Below, piece by piece: positions 38,828 to 51,084 of a stretch of DNA of 64,000 bases (the first letter of the stretch is position 1; each line of letters begins with the position of its first letter). Location of the stretch: contig CM060734.1 of NCBI GenBank assembly GCA_030704615.1, positions 9,238,001 through 9,302,000 of the forward strand, written 5' to 3'. The translations under genes were made by a program, and so were the position numbers. The DNA comes from Takakia lepidozioides (taxonomy: Eukaryota; Plantae; Bryophyta). The notes under the pieces are model-generated. The model was given only the letters and a program-made list of their open reading frames with translations. It was not told the DNA's origin and did not search any database.

Positions 38828-40431
38828 GAGACTATCCTGATCCCTCCCTTCGGCACGTAGAGACGCTTTTGCTTATACCGGAGCAGTCCATTTTGCAAGT
38901 GGAACTGCGATTTAACCCCCATCCTCAAGTCTTGCATCACGGACTTCGCCAGCTCATCCTTCCGGCAAGCCTTCCGGATCTTCCTTTGGAGCGCCGTCTC
39001 GCCCCTATGCACCAACATGAGCTGCTGCTTTCTACTTAAAGCGTCGGCCACCACATTGTCCCGTCCCGGTTTGTACTGGATATCCGTGTCGAACACCGCC
39101 AAAGTATCTTGCCACCTAAGTTGTTTTGGGGACAACTTGGGCTGCGTGGCAAAATACTTCACCGTGACATTGTCCGTGAACACCTTCACTGGGTTGGAAC
39201 CAACATAGTGGCGCCAAAGCTCAAGGCAATGCACCACCGCCTTCATCTCTTTTTCGTGCGTCGGCCACCGTCGCTCCACTTCATTCAGTTTCTTACTTTC
39301 ATAAGCCACTGGACGTCCATCTTGCATAAGTACACCCCCAATCGCGAAGTCCGATGCATCTGTATGAATCTCAAACGGACGATCGAACTCGGGGATTTTC
39401 AAGACTGGAGCTTCTGCCATCCGCTGCTTCAATTCAGCAAAAGCTTGGCCACAAAAAGTATTCCATGCCCAGACTTTGGATTTACACAGAAGGTCGGACA
39501 GCGGCCCCGCGATCTTGGCGAAATTTCTCACATACTTCCGGTAATAGGAGGCGAGTCCTAGGAAGGATCGCACTCCCGGGACCGAAGTCGGAGGCTCCCA
39601 GTCCAAGATCGCCCTCACCTTTCTGTCATCCATTTTGATCCCATCCTGTGTAATCACATGCCCCAAGAACTCCACTTTCGTGACCCCGAATTCGCTCTTT
39701 GAAGCTTTGGCATACAGCTTCCATTTCCGCAATTTTTGGAACACCCTTTTGAGGTGCTCCAGGTGCTCCTCCTTTGTTTTCGAGTACACCAAGATGTCGT
39801 CGATGTACACGATCACAAAGTCATCCAACCACTCCTGAAAAAGGCTGTTCATTAGCGTGCTAAAGGTCGCAGGTGCATTGGTGAGCCCAAAAGGCATCAC
39901 CAAGAACTCATATGAACCATACCTTGTCCTGCATGCGGTCTTCTCCTCATCTCTTTCCGCCACCCAAATTTGATGGTAGCCGGAGCGCAAGTCGATCCGG
40001 CTGAAGTACTTCGCTCCTGCCAACCGGTCGAAAAGGTCGTCGATCCTTGGCAAAGGGTACCGGTTTTTAATAGTCACCTTATTCAGAGCCCTGTAATCGA
40101 CACACATCCGCAACGTCCCATCCTTCTTGTCTGCGAATAGCCCTGGGGCTCCGTAAGGTGACTTACTCGGTCGGATGTACCCCTTTGACATTAGATCCTT
40201 GAGCTGAGTCTTCAGCTCGACCAACTCTCTGTGGCTCAACCGGTAGGGCGCCTTGGCAGGCGGTTCCGATCCCGGTATCACCTCAATCTTGTGGTCAACT
40301 CCTCTTCGCGGTGGCAAGCCGCTTGGTAAATGCTCCGGCATCACATCTTGGTATTTCTCCAAAATCCCCTTGATCCAATCTGGGCTCGGCTCCCCATCGC
40401 CTTCTCCCTTCACTTCTCTAATGTAAAGCAA
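38824..40431 (-). CDS. Reverse transcriptase + RNase H
   Basis: [41 protein letters not shown]. Confidence 0.95.
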   Translation of the reverse strand: MLYIREVKGEGDGEPSPDWIKGILEKYQDVMPEHLPSGLPPRRGVDHKIEVIPGSEPPAKAPYRLSHRELVELKTQLKDLMSKGYIRPSKSPYGAPGLFADKKDGTLRMCVDYRALNKVTIKNRYPLPRIDDLFDRLAGAKYFSRIDLRSGYHQIWVAERDEEKTACRTRYGSYEFLVMPFGLTNAPATFSTLMNSLFQEWLDDFVIVYIDDILVYSKTKEEHLEHLKRVFQKLRKWKLYAKASKSEFGVTKVEFLGHVITQDGIKMDDRKVRAILDWEPPTSVPGVRSFLGLASYYRKYVRNFAKIAGPLSDLLCKSKVWAWNTFCGQAFAELKQRMAEAPVLKIPEFDRPFEIHTDASDFAIGGVLMQDGRPVAYESKKLNEVERRWPTHEKEMKAVVHCLELWRHYVGSNPVKVFTDNVTVKYFATQPKLSPKQLRWQDTLAVFDTDIQYKPGRDNVVADALSRKQQLMLVHRGETALQRKIRKACRKDELAKSVMQDLRMGVKSQFHLQNGLLRYKQKRLYVPKGGIRIVS

Positions 40432-40440
40432 AAACTGGGG

Positions 40441-42156
40441 CTAATGTGCCTCCTCCACGGCCCACTCTCTTGCTGACAGAAGGTTTATTCGCCCTCCCAC
40501 GGATTTGGGCGTTTCCGACACCCGTAAGACCTCGCCACCATTCCAACATGGCAGCGTGACTACTCTCTTGCGGCCATCTATGACCACTCCGGATTTGCTC
40601 AAAAAGGTCATCCCCAAAATGAGATCCACTCCATCGATCAAGCAGGTGGTGAAGTTCTCACGTCCTTGCCAACTCCCTAATTGAAGAGGAACATCGAACG
40701 TCAACCTTGTCGCCAGCTGTGGTTCTCCTTTGGCAGAACGCACCTCAATAGAGGCCCCCACGTCACTTGTCGGGAGTCCCAGCTTTTGTGCCGTTGCCGG
40801 TGTCATGAAGGAGTGCGACGCTCCTGTGTCCACCAACAATGACACGTTAGTTCCGGATATTATCCCATCCACGAACAGTAACTGACTCCCTTTACGTAAG
40901 GCGCCAGTTTCTTGATAGAACTCACAAGAAAATGTGCCTACCTTGCAAGTCCTGGCGACCACCGCTTCTACCAGGCGACTGATGGTATCTTCTGACAGCT
41001 CTGTGGTCGCCCGAGTCATGTTCAACTGTCGGGGCTTCGTGCACTTCTTGGCCATGTGCCCGGGCTCCCCGCAATTGAAACACACTCCATCAAAGGTCGC
41101 CTTCTGTCCGCCATAAGCCGCTGCACCTGCTTTTCCTTTCGGAGCACCAAGTGCCGCCTTGACGTGTGAAGGCCCTCCCTTCGATTTCCACGTGCCATTA
41201 TCACCGCGTGGCCTATCCCACTTCTTTTCCGGTCGGAAAGAGTCACCTTCCCGCCGGGCCTTCTTGTGGTTCAGCTCCGTACGGCCTTGTCTTTCACCCC
41301 TAGGGACATCCGAGAAACATTCCGCCCTCTCAATTGCCTCGTTCAAAGTCTTAGGCGGCTTCTCCTCCAACTTCCGCCTGGCCCACGGGGCCAGTCCCGC
41401 CACAAAGTTGAAGACCATTTCTGGTTCTGCCATGTCCGCGACTTCGAGCAGCAGCACATTGAAAGCCTGAACATAACCCCGAATGTCATCCGTTTGCTTC
41501 AAATTCCTTATCTTGTCCCGGGCAAGCCAGGACGCGTTGAGGGGCACAAACTGTCTCTTCATCAATTCCTTGAACCCACTCCAGTTCAAGGTTTCCGGGC
41601 TCGGACCTCGGTCGTGAAGGCGTTTCTGCCACCATTGTTGAGCATAGCCCCTCAAATAGGTGGGAGCCACTTCCACCCGATCCTCGTCACTCAACTTGGC
41701 CGCCCGGAAGTACTGCTCTAGCTCCAGGAGCCAGGTGTTGAGTGCCTTCCGATTTCGGACGCCCTCGAAGGTGCCGGGTTCCTTAGGCTTCACCTTAAAC
41801 TTTGCCTTAGTGGAAGTGGCATTAGCTGCCTTCAATACGTCTTTCAACGTCCCGCCAAACTGCGCCAACAACCCTTCCCAAAAGGCTGCCGGCATGGGAG
41901 GCATCTCTTGGTTTGTCGGAGCTCTCAAGGATTCCTCGGGCTCCGACTCCTCGGATTCCTCCCGCTCTTGAGAGGCCTCGTTTTCGGAAACATGCATCGC
42001 TTCCTCAAACGGCCGCCTCGGTGATACGTCGCCCCCATCTGGCTCACCAGGATCATCATCTTTTGGGCCGTTCCGCTTCCGCTTCGGCTTGCCCGACCCC
42101 ATGATGAGGCCAATCCCAAGGACGATCGCGTACTGAACTCTAGGCTCTGATACCAA
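40441..42156 (-). CDS. Gag + aspartic protease
   Basis: Retrotransposon gag, CFNCGEPGHMAKKC, LLVDTGASHSF. Confidence 0.95.
   Translation of the reverse strand: MVSEPRVQYAIVLGIGLIMGSGKPKRKRNGPKDDDPGEPDGGDVSPRRPFEEAMHVSENEASQEREESEESEPEESLRAPTNQEMPPMPAAFWEGLLAQFGGTLKDVLKAANATSTKAKFKVKPKEPGTFEGVRNRKALNTWLLELEQYFRAAKLSDEDRVEVAPTYLRGYAQQWWQKRLHDRGPSPETLNWSGFKELMKRQFVPLNASWLARDKIRNLKQTDDIRGYVQAFNVLLLEVADMAEPEMVFNFVAGLAPWARRKLEEKPPKTLNEAIERAECFSDVPRGERQGRTELNHKKARREGDSFRPEKKWDRPRGDNGTWKSKGGPSHVKAALGAPKGKAGAAAYGGQKATFDGVCFNCGEPGHMAKKCTKPRQLNMTRATTELSEDTISRLVEAVVARTCKVGTFSCEFYQETGALRKGSQLLFVDGIISGTNVSLLVDTGASHSFMTPATAQKLGLPTSDVGASIEVRSAKGEPQLATRLTFDVPLQLGSWQGRENFTTCLIDGVDLILGMTFLSKSGVVIDGRKRVVTLPCWNGGEVLRVSETPKSVGGRINLLSAREWAVEEAH
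42144..42155 (-). promoter_or_regulatory. Primer-binding site (tRNA-iMet)
   Basis: TGGTATCAGAGC two bases inside the 5' LTR boundary. Confidence 0.95.
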
Positions 42157-42157
42157 G

Positions 42158-42882
42158 TGTCGCGCACCTCACTTCGGTAAGCTCCCCTTCAAGTCATAGT
42201 TACTCGCTTTGATGCGCGCGCCTGACTCCCAACCTGGCCGTCGGGCCAACTTGGAGCTTCGGCTGCTCACCGGGACATAACGGTCCCCCTTCGCTCCCCC
42301 GAAAGACCCTCCACCTATTTGGGCCTAGTGGAATTCCCTTTGGTAGATGGCAGTCCGGAACAGCTCCCCACTCTTTGGTCGCTTTCCGGCTCGCTCGCTT
42401 ACTCACTAGTTTTTGGTCGCCAACAGGCTTGCACCGTTCTCGGGGTTACTACTCCCCTATATATACTTCTGTAGCTGTCCGCGGGGGTTCCACAAACAGC
42501 CATGCCATTTTATGGTGAACCACCATGAAGACCCTCGATTCCCGGTGGTGAGTCGCGGTGAGTCTTGGCCCACTCACCGCGGCCCCAATGGACCGTGATG
42601 AGTCCCAAGACTCCCCACGACTCCCACCTCGAGGTCTCCACCCCATGGTGAGTCCTATGCCACCCCCACTAAGTCCCGCTAAGCTACCACCACCCCTTGT
42701 GGAGCCACCCCCACCGCAACCCGGTGTGCGGGGCTCCGCCTAGTGAGCGTCTCCGCCTCCTTGAGTGCCTTGGGCACTCAAGGGTGCTTCAGCCCCCGTA
42801 TCTATCGCTGCTACTGCCCCCACCACAGGGGCAGCCTCTTCTGTGTCCCGACCCCCTGCCCTCAAGGCAAAGGGCCGCGACA
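42158..42882 (-). repeat. 5' LTR (725 bp)
   Basis: Near-identical to 35914-36636. Confidence 0.97.
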
Positions 42883-45800
42883 CATAGGGTAAGAGTCCCT
42901 TCTGGTTAAACGGTTTACTGGCCTAAAATCACCACAAAACCGTTTGGATCCATCTTTTTTGGGTGGAAGGGTAACTGGACACGACCATTCTGAACTACTC
43001 TCTCTCATCTTGCCTTGTGAGATCAAAGTCTCAATTTGTTCTTGTACCTCGTTTTCCTCCCACTCTGATAGGCGGCTGGGACGACTTCTGCAAGGGGGAA
43101 AGCCTTGAGTATCAATTGTATGTTCCACCTCACTGCAATATCCTAAGTCAGCCTTGCTAAGAGCAAAACATTCCTGATTTGCTTTTAGCTCTTGCTCCAG
43201 CTCTTTCCTTTGTTCTGGAGCGAGCTCTGGGTTGATGTGTAGTCTGGATTTCAGACTTCTCCAACGACTCTCCATTTCTTCCTCTTGACTGGGTTCTAAA
43301 CTCTTTCCCTCCACCTGGCTTACAGAGTTAGCTACTCTCTGTCTTTCCTCCTGTGTGACAACTTGATTCCAATCATGGAAATCATCCTCTATTTCTACGT
43401 TGTTGTTCCCTAGTTCTCCATCCCTCTTCTGGTGAGCTTCCTGAATTATAGCGGTAGCCATGCTACGTTGGGTCTCTTCCTGAAGGAGTTCAGACATCCC
43501 TTGGTCTTCGAACAGGTCCTCCCCTAGGCTGACATCATCTATTATCTCCTCAACATCCTTCAGTACTGTATCTACCTCCTCACTCTCTTCAGAACCTCCC
43601 ATCTCCTCATCCTTATCAGATGTAGAGGTGTCAGAACCTGAGGATCCTTCCTCCATGTCCTCATACTCTTCCTTTGGCTCTCTTTCTTTCTCCCACAAGC
43701 CTAGGTACTGCTCATCTGACGTCAGGGTTAAGACATTACCTGCTGACGTACTGCCTGCATACCGCACTCTACTCTCGACCCCTCTATGGCAGGCTGTTCT
43801 GGTAACTACAGGCTCATTATAATTTATGGTGTGCAAAGGGAAGTGAGCAAAATCCTTTCCTGGCCCATAGCGCACACGATTTGTTTCAGCTTCGGTGTCA
43901 ACTACAGCGCCAAACTTTTTGAGAAAGTCTAATCCCAGCAGCATGTGATATGTATCCGTGTTCACCACCATAAAGGACAAACGATTGGTCAGCTCTCCTA
44001 CTTTGACCTTGATGTCCTCAAGTCTGCCCATTGCAGTCTCAAGAGCACTAGAGGCTACTCTGTAATTTACATCCTTACTAGTAATGACAGATCCCATCAG
44101 ACCAAGATCCCTTACAGTACTCGCGGATATTACTGAGAGCATGGCACCTGTGTCAATCTGGCCTAATACTTGGTAATCTCCCATTGTAATCATCACATGA
44201 AGTGCCTTTACTTTACCAGTATAAGCATATGAGATTGTGGGTTCAGCGTGTGCTGAGTACAAAGGTCTTGGTACATCCCTCACAACTTCTACACTGTGAG
44301 TTGTCTCCCTTTGTTGTACCATTGCCCTTTCCACCACTTTGACCAGCCCTTTCAATTTGTCTAGCTCTCCGGGCACAGTCATGATTAGGTCCATGGGAGA
44401 CAACGAGATTCTCCCTTTGTAGAAGTGGTTCAAGATTTTGGATTTCGTACCTCCTTCTATGGCAGTCTTGAAATTGTTCTTTGGGTAGATTTCACTCTTG
44501 GTCCTGCTTGGCTGTTCACTGCTCTCACTATTCCTTTCTGGTGACCCTGTAGGTTCAACAATCGGACTCTGGATAGGGATACGTGTCCTTGGAAGTCTGA
44601 CTTCATTGATACTATTTTGTGACATCAGATTTGTCATTTCTGCGAGTACATCATCCTCATCATCATAGAACACATCTACAAAGTTAGTTCCCGGAGTTCC
44701 CATCATAGTCTGGTCGAGTTTTCTACTGCACTCACTCTCTGTATGCCCGAGTAGCTTGCAAAAGTTGCATCTCACACCACACATTTCCGTGGAATGCCCG
44801 AACCGGTGACATTTGTCACACTTAGCTGGGGTTCTTCCTTCAGGACAATATGCAGCTATGTGACCTTCTTTGTGACAAACATTACAAAGGCGAACACGAG
44901 GTGGTGTTCTAGATCCCGAGCTTTCCTCCTATGACTGGTCCCCTATCAAAGTACTTCTGTAGGGTAGTGTTCAGCTGATCAAGTCTTCTGTCCACAGGGT
45001 TGACAAACACAACTGACTCATCTGTATCATCTCCTTCCAATGGCTCTAGAGGTATTTCCCCTAACTTTCCCAGGCCCCTTTCAATCTCAGTGGCTGTGTC
45101 AAGTGCTTCCTCTACATCAAGGAAGCGCCTGCCCAGCATTACTCTTGTTATTTCTGGTCTCAAACCCGCTGCAAATCTACACCTTTGTTCCAAATCAGAC
45201 GCCCCACTTCTTATAAATAACCGGTTCAACCTATCGAAGTACGTTTGAACCCTTTGTCTACTCTCTTGTTTGATGGTATCCATCCTTAACCTGATTTCTG
45301 CCAAGTCAATGACACCAAACTTGGCTGATATGACTGCCCTGAAATCTTCCCAGTTGTCTGGCCTAGGGTTTTGTTTACGGTACCATTCATCAGCCTTGGC
45401 TCTCAGGTTGAGCCTTGCTACCTTGAAGGTTTTATCCTCATTTAAATCCTTGACATCTGCCTCCATCTGAATCCTTTCCAGCCAGTCATTCACATCCTCG
45501 CTATTCCTACCATGATAAGGCACGTCTATGCTAGTTGGACTAGTCATTCTTCTATACTCTAGTTGAAGTTCAAATTGTTTCAACACCTAATTCTGACTCT
45601 AATTTTCCTGCAACTCCCTTAATGCTGACCTCTATACCACTCCCACTGTCCATTTCGCAACATCTCTACTCTACCTCCCCATGTCACCTCTCGTGCCATG
45701 GTATTTATCTTCTCCCACCTTCCTAACTCTCTTATCCAAAGTGCTACGGTTGTTCTTCCACCAGCATGTATCACTCTAAGATATAAATCACCATTAGCTA

Positions 45801-46200
45801 TTCTCCAAGCAGGGTTGAAGAAGTACAAACAAGGGTCTGCGTGGGCATTTGGTGTGCGTCTGCTGAAGCAAATCAGCACATCTCCAATGCTTGGTTTATC
45901 AGGAATCAGTGTGTGGTCTCTGCCTGCCATCAAACCATCCAATACCAGTCAAGATCCCTAGCTAGTAGAAATCAAGATTTAACGAAGCTCTGATACCAAA
46001 AGAAGGGGCGTGAATCCCCTTCTGTGCAATTCTAATTGTGCTCCTCCCCAGTTTTGAAGCGGAGCAAAAGAAAGGAACTCTCTTCCAATGATCCAACCAT
46101 CGTCACTCGGTTGTGGGTTTCCCTCAGGTCCTTCATGATCAGAGTTTATACAATCCTCATCCACGCCGCAGTGGAAAGAGAAGACATGGATGGGGAGTCT
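42883..46200 (-). mobile_element. 5' part of the host Ty3/Gypsy: upstream ORF remnants, gag, three CCHC knuckles, protease, RT start
   Basis: gag ORF 44909-45586; CNVCHKEGHIAAYC, CDKCHRFGHSTEMC, CNFCKLLGHTESEC; GQIDTGA; KRFCGDFRPVN..RDSYPM, continuing at 35913. Confidence 0.93.
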
Positions 46201-46379
46201 GTATTGTTCTCACCCTTGGTTCTATTTTTACACGACATCCTTTCCCTGGGGTACAGCACCAGCCATGCTACCATGTTGTCTTCAGTGATGCAACCAGCCC
46301 TACGTCAGTGATGAACACTGCCCTTGTGGGCAGCTCCCTTGGACAATAACACGTGGAAGCCCCTTTTTGTAATAAGATC

Positions 46380-46640
46380 AGTGAGGAGCTTGGTGGTGTT
46401 AAGGTTGTGCATGAAGATGCAGCAGTGTTGACCTACCTTCGTACCGGAGAGACAACATTTAGTGTGACTGCTAAGGAGAGAGATCGGATCCTACAACGAG
46501 CCAAGAGGTTCAAGTGAGAGCGGACTCACCTACTCCAAGTATGGGAGGATGGACGAGTGAGGATTGTGCCTCATCTAACACAACGAGCGCGATTGGTACG
46601 CCATGCCCATGAGGAGTTGAGACATTTTGGGGTGTGGTCA
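46380..46640 (+). mobile_element. Gypsy pre-integrase / HHCC fragment
   Basis: VHEDAAVLTYLRTG...ERDRILQRAKRFK*...VRIVPHLTQRARLVRHAHEELRHFGV. Confidence 0.75.
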
Positions 46641-47030
46641 GTGTACATGGAGTCAGCCCCAGGGTTCCTCCATGCCAGGAAGAATGGTGGCTCGAAAGAG
46701 AGATGACCTTTCTCCACAAGGGAGAACTTGCAGTAATGAAACACAAAAACACATGAGGTCCCTGAACTGCAAATTCGGCACCATTTTCCCAGGTTGGGGC
46801 GGACTTGAGTGGGCCTAGAAATGGAAAAATGACGCCGAATTTTGGTTTTCGGTGACTGCCACCCTAGGGACAACCATCTTGGGAGCCCTGAACTGGAAAT
46901 TTGGCACCATTTTTCCCGGTTTGGCCCGAAGATGGCTAAGTCCCAGAACGGCAATAGGGCCTCGAACTGGAAAAATGGCGCCGAATTTCCAGTTCAGGGC
47001 CAGCCATCCTAGGGACAGCCATTTTCACCC
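46641..47030 (-). pseudogene. Fragment of a subfamily-B gene (exon start plus GGCGCC-array intron)
   Basis: YCKFSLVEKGHLSFEPPFFLAWRNPGADSMYT matches 18087-18182; motif copies at ~46770, 46826, 46896, 46971. Confidence 0.85.
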
Positions 47031-50000
47031 GAGGCCTTCGAGAAGTGCGAGACCTCCAAAAAGGCGGAGACATGGTACACACTCACGAGGGATGCGTTCC
47101 TGGAGTACATGTACACGGTAAGTCCTGCAAATTGCTATTTTTTAAGCATTCATATGTACCCATGTTCAGGCTTGTGTCAACGCAAGCCTGGATCATTGCG
47201 AAGTTTAGACTCAGGTACCTATTTCACATTTTGGAGTTTGAAATTTTCAACGTTGCCTTTGGGTTGGATAGCAAGAAATTGTTGATGCGGGAGAGAGGGG
47301 AAAAGCGGAATATTACGGGAAAACTCCTGAAAGTGAACGCGCCTACGGTATTGAGGTGGCAATGACCTTCCACATGAACGAATTCCGCGGGAAGGTGGTG
47401 ACTGCGTTCACCAAGCAACTACGCATAGCTGATCCCGGTCTTGGCCCTCAATTTCTGGATGAGGTTCGCATTCATTAGAGCAAGACAACAAAGCCTGAAA
47501 TGACACAAGAGAAACTACACAGGCTTGCCATGGCAATGGTGGAGCCAGCAGTGAAAATTCGGTGGCTTCAAATTTGGAACTCTGAGCCTGTTCTACGGCA
47601 AGCAAATAGTTTTCCATGGGCGAGAAGAACGCCACCACCGGAGTTGTCACCCCTTTCAGTGACCAAGTATGGGACATCTGGCTTCATAAAGCCACATTCT
47701 GGGCGCAGGTAAGAATTTCACAGGTCTTCAATGTCTGTTTTGAATGTCTTTGAGTGCTTTCGCAAAATCTAACCAAGTTACTTGAGTGGCAGTTGGAGGA
47801 GAGGGCTGAGGAGGTTATGGAGGAATCTCTAACAGACTTCAAGATAGTCGTTGCTACACCAGATGAGTCATTCGAGACCTGGATAAGGAGGTGGAAAGGG
47901 ATAGTTTGGGACCATGCGTTCTTCCGCGAATTTGTTGTTGATGGTGGGATTAACCGTTCGAATTTGTTCGATGCGCAGTACAATGGGGAGCAGGCGATGA
48001 AGCGAGTCATATACAGGTTTCATTTCATGCTTTTTAATGTTGTGAGCTGCTCTTAAAGATAGTAGCTTTCTCTATTGAGGCTTGCGTTAACGCAAGCCTG
48101 CGGACCCTCCTACTCATGGCTACCTTTCTCCCGAGTGTTTTTGGGCTAGGGTCAGGCTTGCGTTGACGCAAGCCTGTCTAGTGTGTGGAATATATATTGG
48201 TAGTTTGAACTACGTATTAGGAAGGGGTATGTTGTGACAATTTTAAGTACAGCTATGCATTGTTTCCCTTGTAGCAAAAACTTTGAGGCAACGAGACTTT
48301 TACCGGGTCTGCATGAGGCTTGCGTTGACGCAAGCCTATTTGATGGCAGCCCACGACTTACGTTATAAAAGGATTTCTTAAGTGTCAAACTCTTGTTTCA
48401 TAAACGGAAAGAGGATTTCGTTGACGCAAGGATGAATTTACCCTGCACTTGGATTGTTTTTTGTTAAGTGTTACAACAAAAGAATGGTGTCTGCTATCAT
48501 GTCTTCCTATGAACTCTCATGATATTTGTTGGTTTTGTTTTCGCAGATATATCCATGGAGTTTTCTAAGCTCGTACCCATTCTTCATTGACAGCTGGGAA
48601 AAGACAAATCCCGACACACAAATGTACACAGCGGGCATTCTGGAGGACTGGAGCAGGTCTCATTTCAAAGACTGTGGGTGGTACCTTGATTGCCCGAAAC
48701 AATCGACACCCTGGGAGGAGAACATCCTGTGAAATTTGAATGACAATGCAAAGGCTCTTGCTCCTCTGACAGATAGGCAGCTGCAGTTGAGAGATCTCCG
48801 GCTTCTCAAAGCAAAGGAACTAGTTGTAAATCAGAGCCCGAAAAAGAAGGGTGGAAAGAAGAAGGACAAAAAGAAAGATGGCGAACAAGGTCAGGCAACG
48901 GCTGCTGTGGCAGGAGGGCCTCAGAGGGGTTCACAACTAGCTCTGTCGGACAAACCATACGAGGTCCTACCTAACCCTGGCAGAGCAGTTGCCATGGGCT
49001 ACCAACACAAGACAGTCAACGAAAGCTTCTTGGACATGATGGAATCAAGGAGAAAAGGCGGCACAGTCAAAGAGAAGTCCCCAACTTGGGAGATATTGTC
49101 TTCATTCCTCACTCTGGTAAATTCCTTATCCACTCCCCTCCTTGTCACTTGGTTCTTGCAGTGTGGTCAAATGTCATTTCGATTGAATTGCTTTGGGGGG
49201 TGAAGGTTGGGAAAGGTCCATCGTGGGTGAACGGAGAGAAAAAACCCTTTGCCTGCAAGCTCGTTGTTGTGGACATTCCAGACGGGCTTCCAGTCCTAGA
49301 TCTTCTACCAAAAGGTGTCACTCCAGCCTGAAATGAATGGGACGAGCGCTACTGGCCCTGGGTCTTCAAGTTCTGTGGGAACTTATTGGCTGACAATGGG
49401 TGTTTGCTCATCCTACAAGCTGCCAATGCAAAGTGCCGACGACTACTGTCCAGTTTCCTGAAGTCTGGTGGGATGAAGGTGATTAAAAGCTGGAATGGAG
49501 TTAACAGTCTCCCACTTACAAAGGGGGACTTCCCAGGCCAGAAGGTATGTCGTATCCTCCATTTCATTAAATCTTGTAGAAATGTTCCCCGTGTTTGGAT
49601 AGACTTATTTTCCTTTTGCACTGTCAATCTTCTCCTGCATCCTTGTGTTGACGAAATCGTAGTGCAAGGTTGTCATCTGCTACCTACCTTGATGTTGCCT
49701 TGGCGCTCACCTGACTGAGTCCGGTGTTTTCATTTCGTAGACACGAGCTTTTGATGCACACTGTCTCGTAAGAGAACGCCACCCATCCACACCGTCATCC
49801 ATTAAGGAGTTCCAGGTCTTGAAAGGGGGAACGCATGTTGACTCGTCCTGCGATCTCGTGGATGATGATTTTATCTACAACTACGTGGACGCCTCACTCA
49901 CTGTGCTGCGGAATTCCGGAGAGCCATGGAGAGGTGCACGGGAAAAGAGTCCTGCATTCATGCAGACAGTCATCGAGTCTTGCAGTGTTGAAGGGTCTCG

Positions 50001-50607
50001 TGTTGTTGACCTCACTCTTGGAACAGGTTCGGCCTTCACACTCTAGCAATAATCTGCCTTCATTGTTGTAGTTCGAAAGTGCAGGTTCGTGCGCATATCG
50101 TGGCTCATTTGGTTTATTCCTCTGGAAGGCATCTGTTCGCCTTTGAGGGGGATGGAGAGCTGTACAAAGAGGTAATTGCTCCCCTCCATGAGGGCTCCAC
50201 CTCAGGTACCCAGACAGATGCCGCTGCCGCAGCAGTGCCGTTGGATTACGAGGACATCGAAATTGACAACGATTTTGATTGCTTTTTCTTCTTTGCATGG
50301 GACTCCGTTGTGGCGTCGGAATTGGGGATTCTCATGAAAGTTTGCAATGTTTTGCAGGAGCCCAACTACGCCTAGGTTCCTCCCTTTCTATGCGAACCCC
50401 GACTTCTTTCCAAGTCCGCCACCCATGCTTGAATTGCCATGTTATGCTGAGGCTACAGCAAAAACATTTTCTCTCGAAACATCTCCCCCTAGACAGGTTT
50501 GTGGCAAGAATGGACGTGTGCATAGTGGGACTATGGTGTTCATTGATAGTTGTGCTTCAATTTCCAATGAAAGCTCCTCTACTAGTGGATCTGGACAATC
50601 AAAATGA
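47030..50607 (+). pseudogene. Copy D: subfamily-A-type gene, 5'-truncated (ParB exon missing)
   Basis: TWYTLTRDAFLEYMYT|, MTQEKLHRLAMAMV..KIRWLQIWNS, GEQAMKRVIYR|, VVVDIPDG, WRGAREKSPAFMQTVIESCSVEGSRVVDLTLGTG|, GRHLFAFEGD; several in-frame stops. Confidence 0.83.
48078..48432. repeat. Intronic palindrome array AGGCTTGCGT-NN-ACGCAAGCCT
   Basis: Copies at ~48078, 48153, 48316, degenerate 48416; another at 47167 in an earlier intron. Confidence 0.9.
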
Positions 50608-51084
50608 CCCATAAATTTTCGGACTTTCTATGGATCATGAAGCAATATCGACTTCTATGGTTTCAATAATGCCTGTGCCCGTTCATCCATCCTACAGACG
50701 TCAACAATAGAGAATCTCAACATCCACATTCTTTTCAAACATTCATCCAATGATATGAGCATGCATTAATCCATCAATGTGCCGGATTGCATCCCTGAAC
50801 ATCCAAAATTCATCCAACATTCATCCATAAAACTCACACCATCCACCAAAATTTCATCCATCTACTTCATTTATCATCCATCAACTTTCATCCATTATTC
50901 ATCCAACATCCACCCTCCATTCATCCGCATTCCATCCGCTTGCTGCCATTGTCTCTTCTACATTGTTGCAAACTACTGCCGCGTTGTGTGCAGACTTTCC
51001 CACGGACACAGGTCCCGCATGGTTTTTCCATCCCTGGGTACATGCCCTTGCGGTGATATTCATCCTCATCCATGAGAATCTTTC

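Larger units (their letters stand above)
35914..42882 (-). mobile_element. Full-length chromovirus Ty3/Gypsy LTR retrotransposon, TSD CATAG
   Basis: LTRs 35914-36636 and 42158-42882 (TGTCGC...GCGACA); CATAG at 35909-35913 and 42883-42887; PBS at 42155-42144; PPT next to 36637. Confidence 0.98.

Noticed and set aside
45987-45998. TGGTATCAGAGC as the PBS of the host Gypsy
   Set aside because: Perfect match, but no adjacent LTR end (TG..CA) and it lies within an ORF-like stretch; unresolved, so not called.
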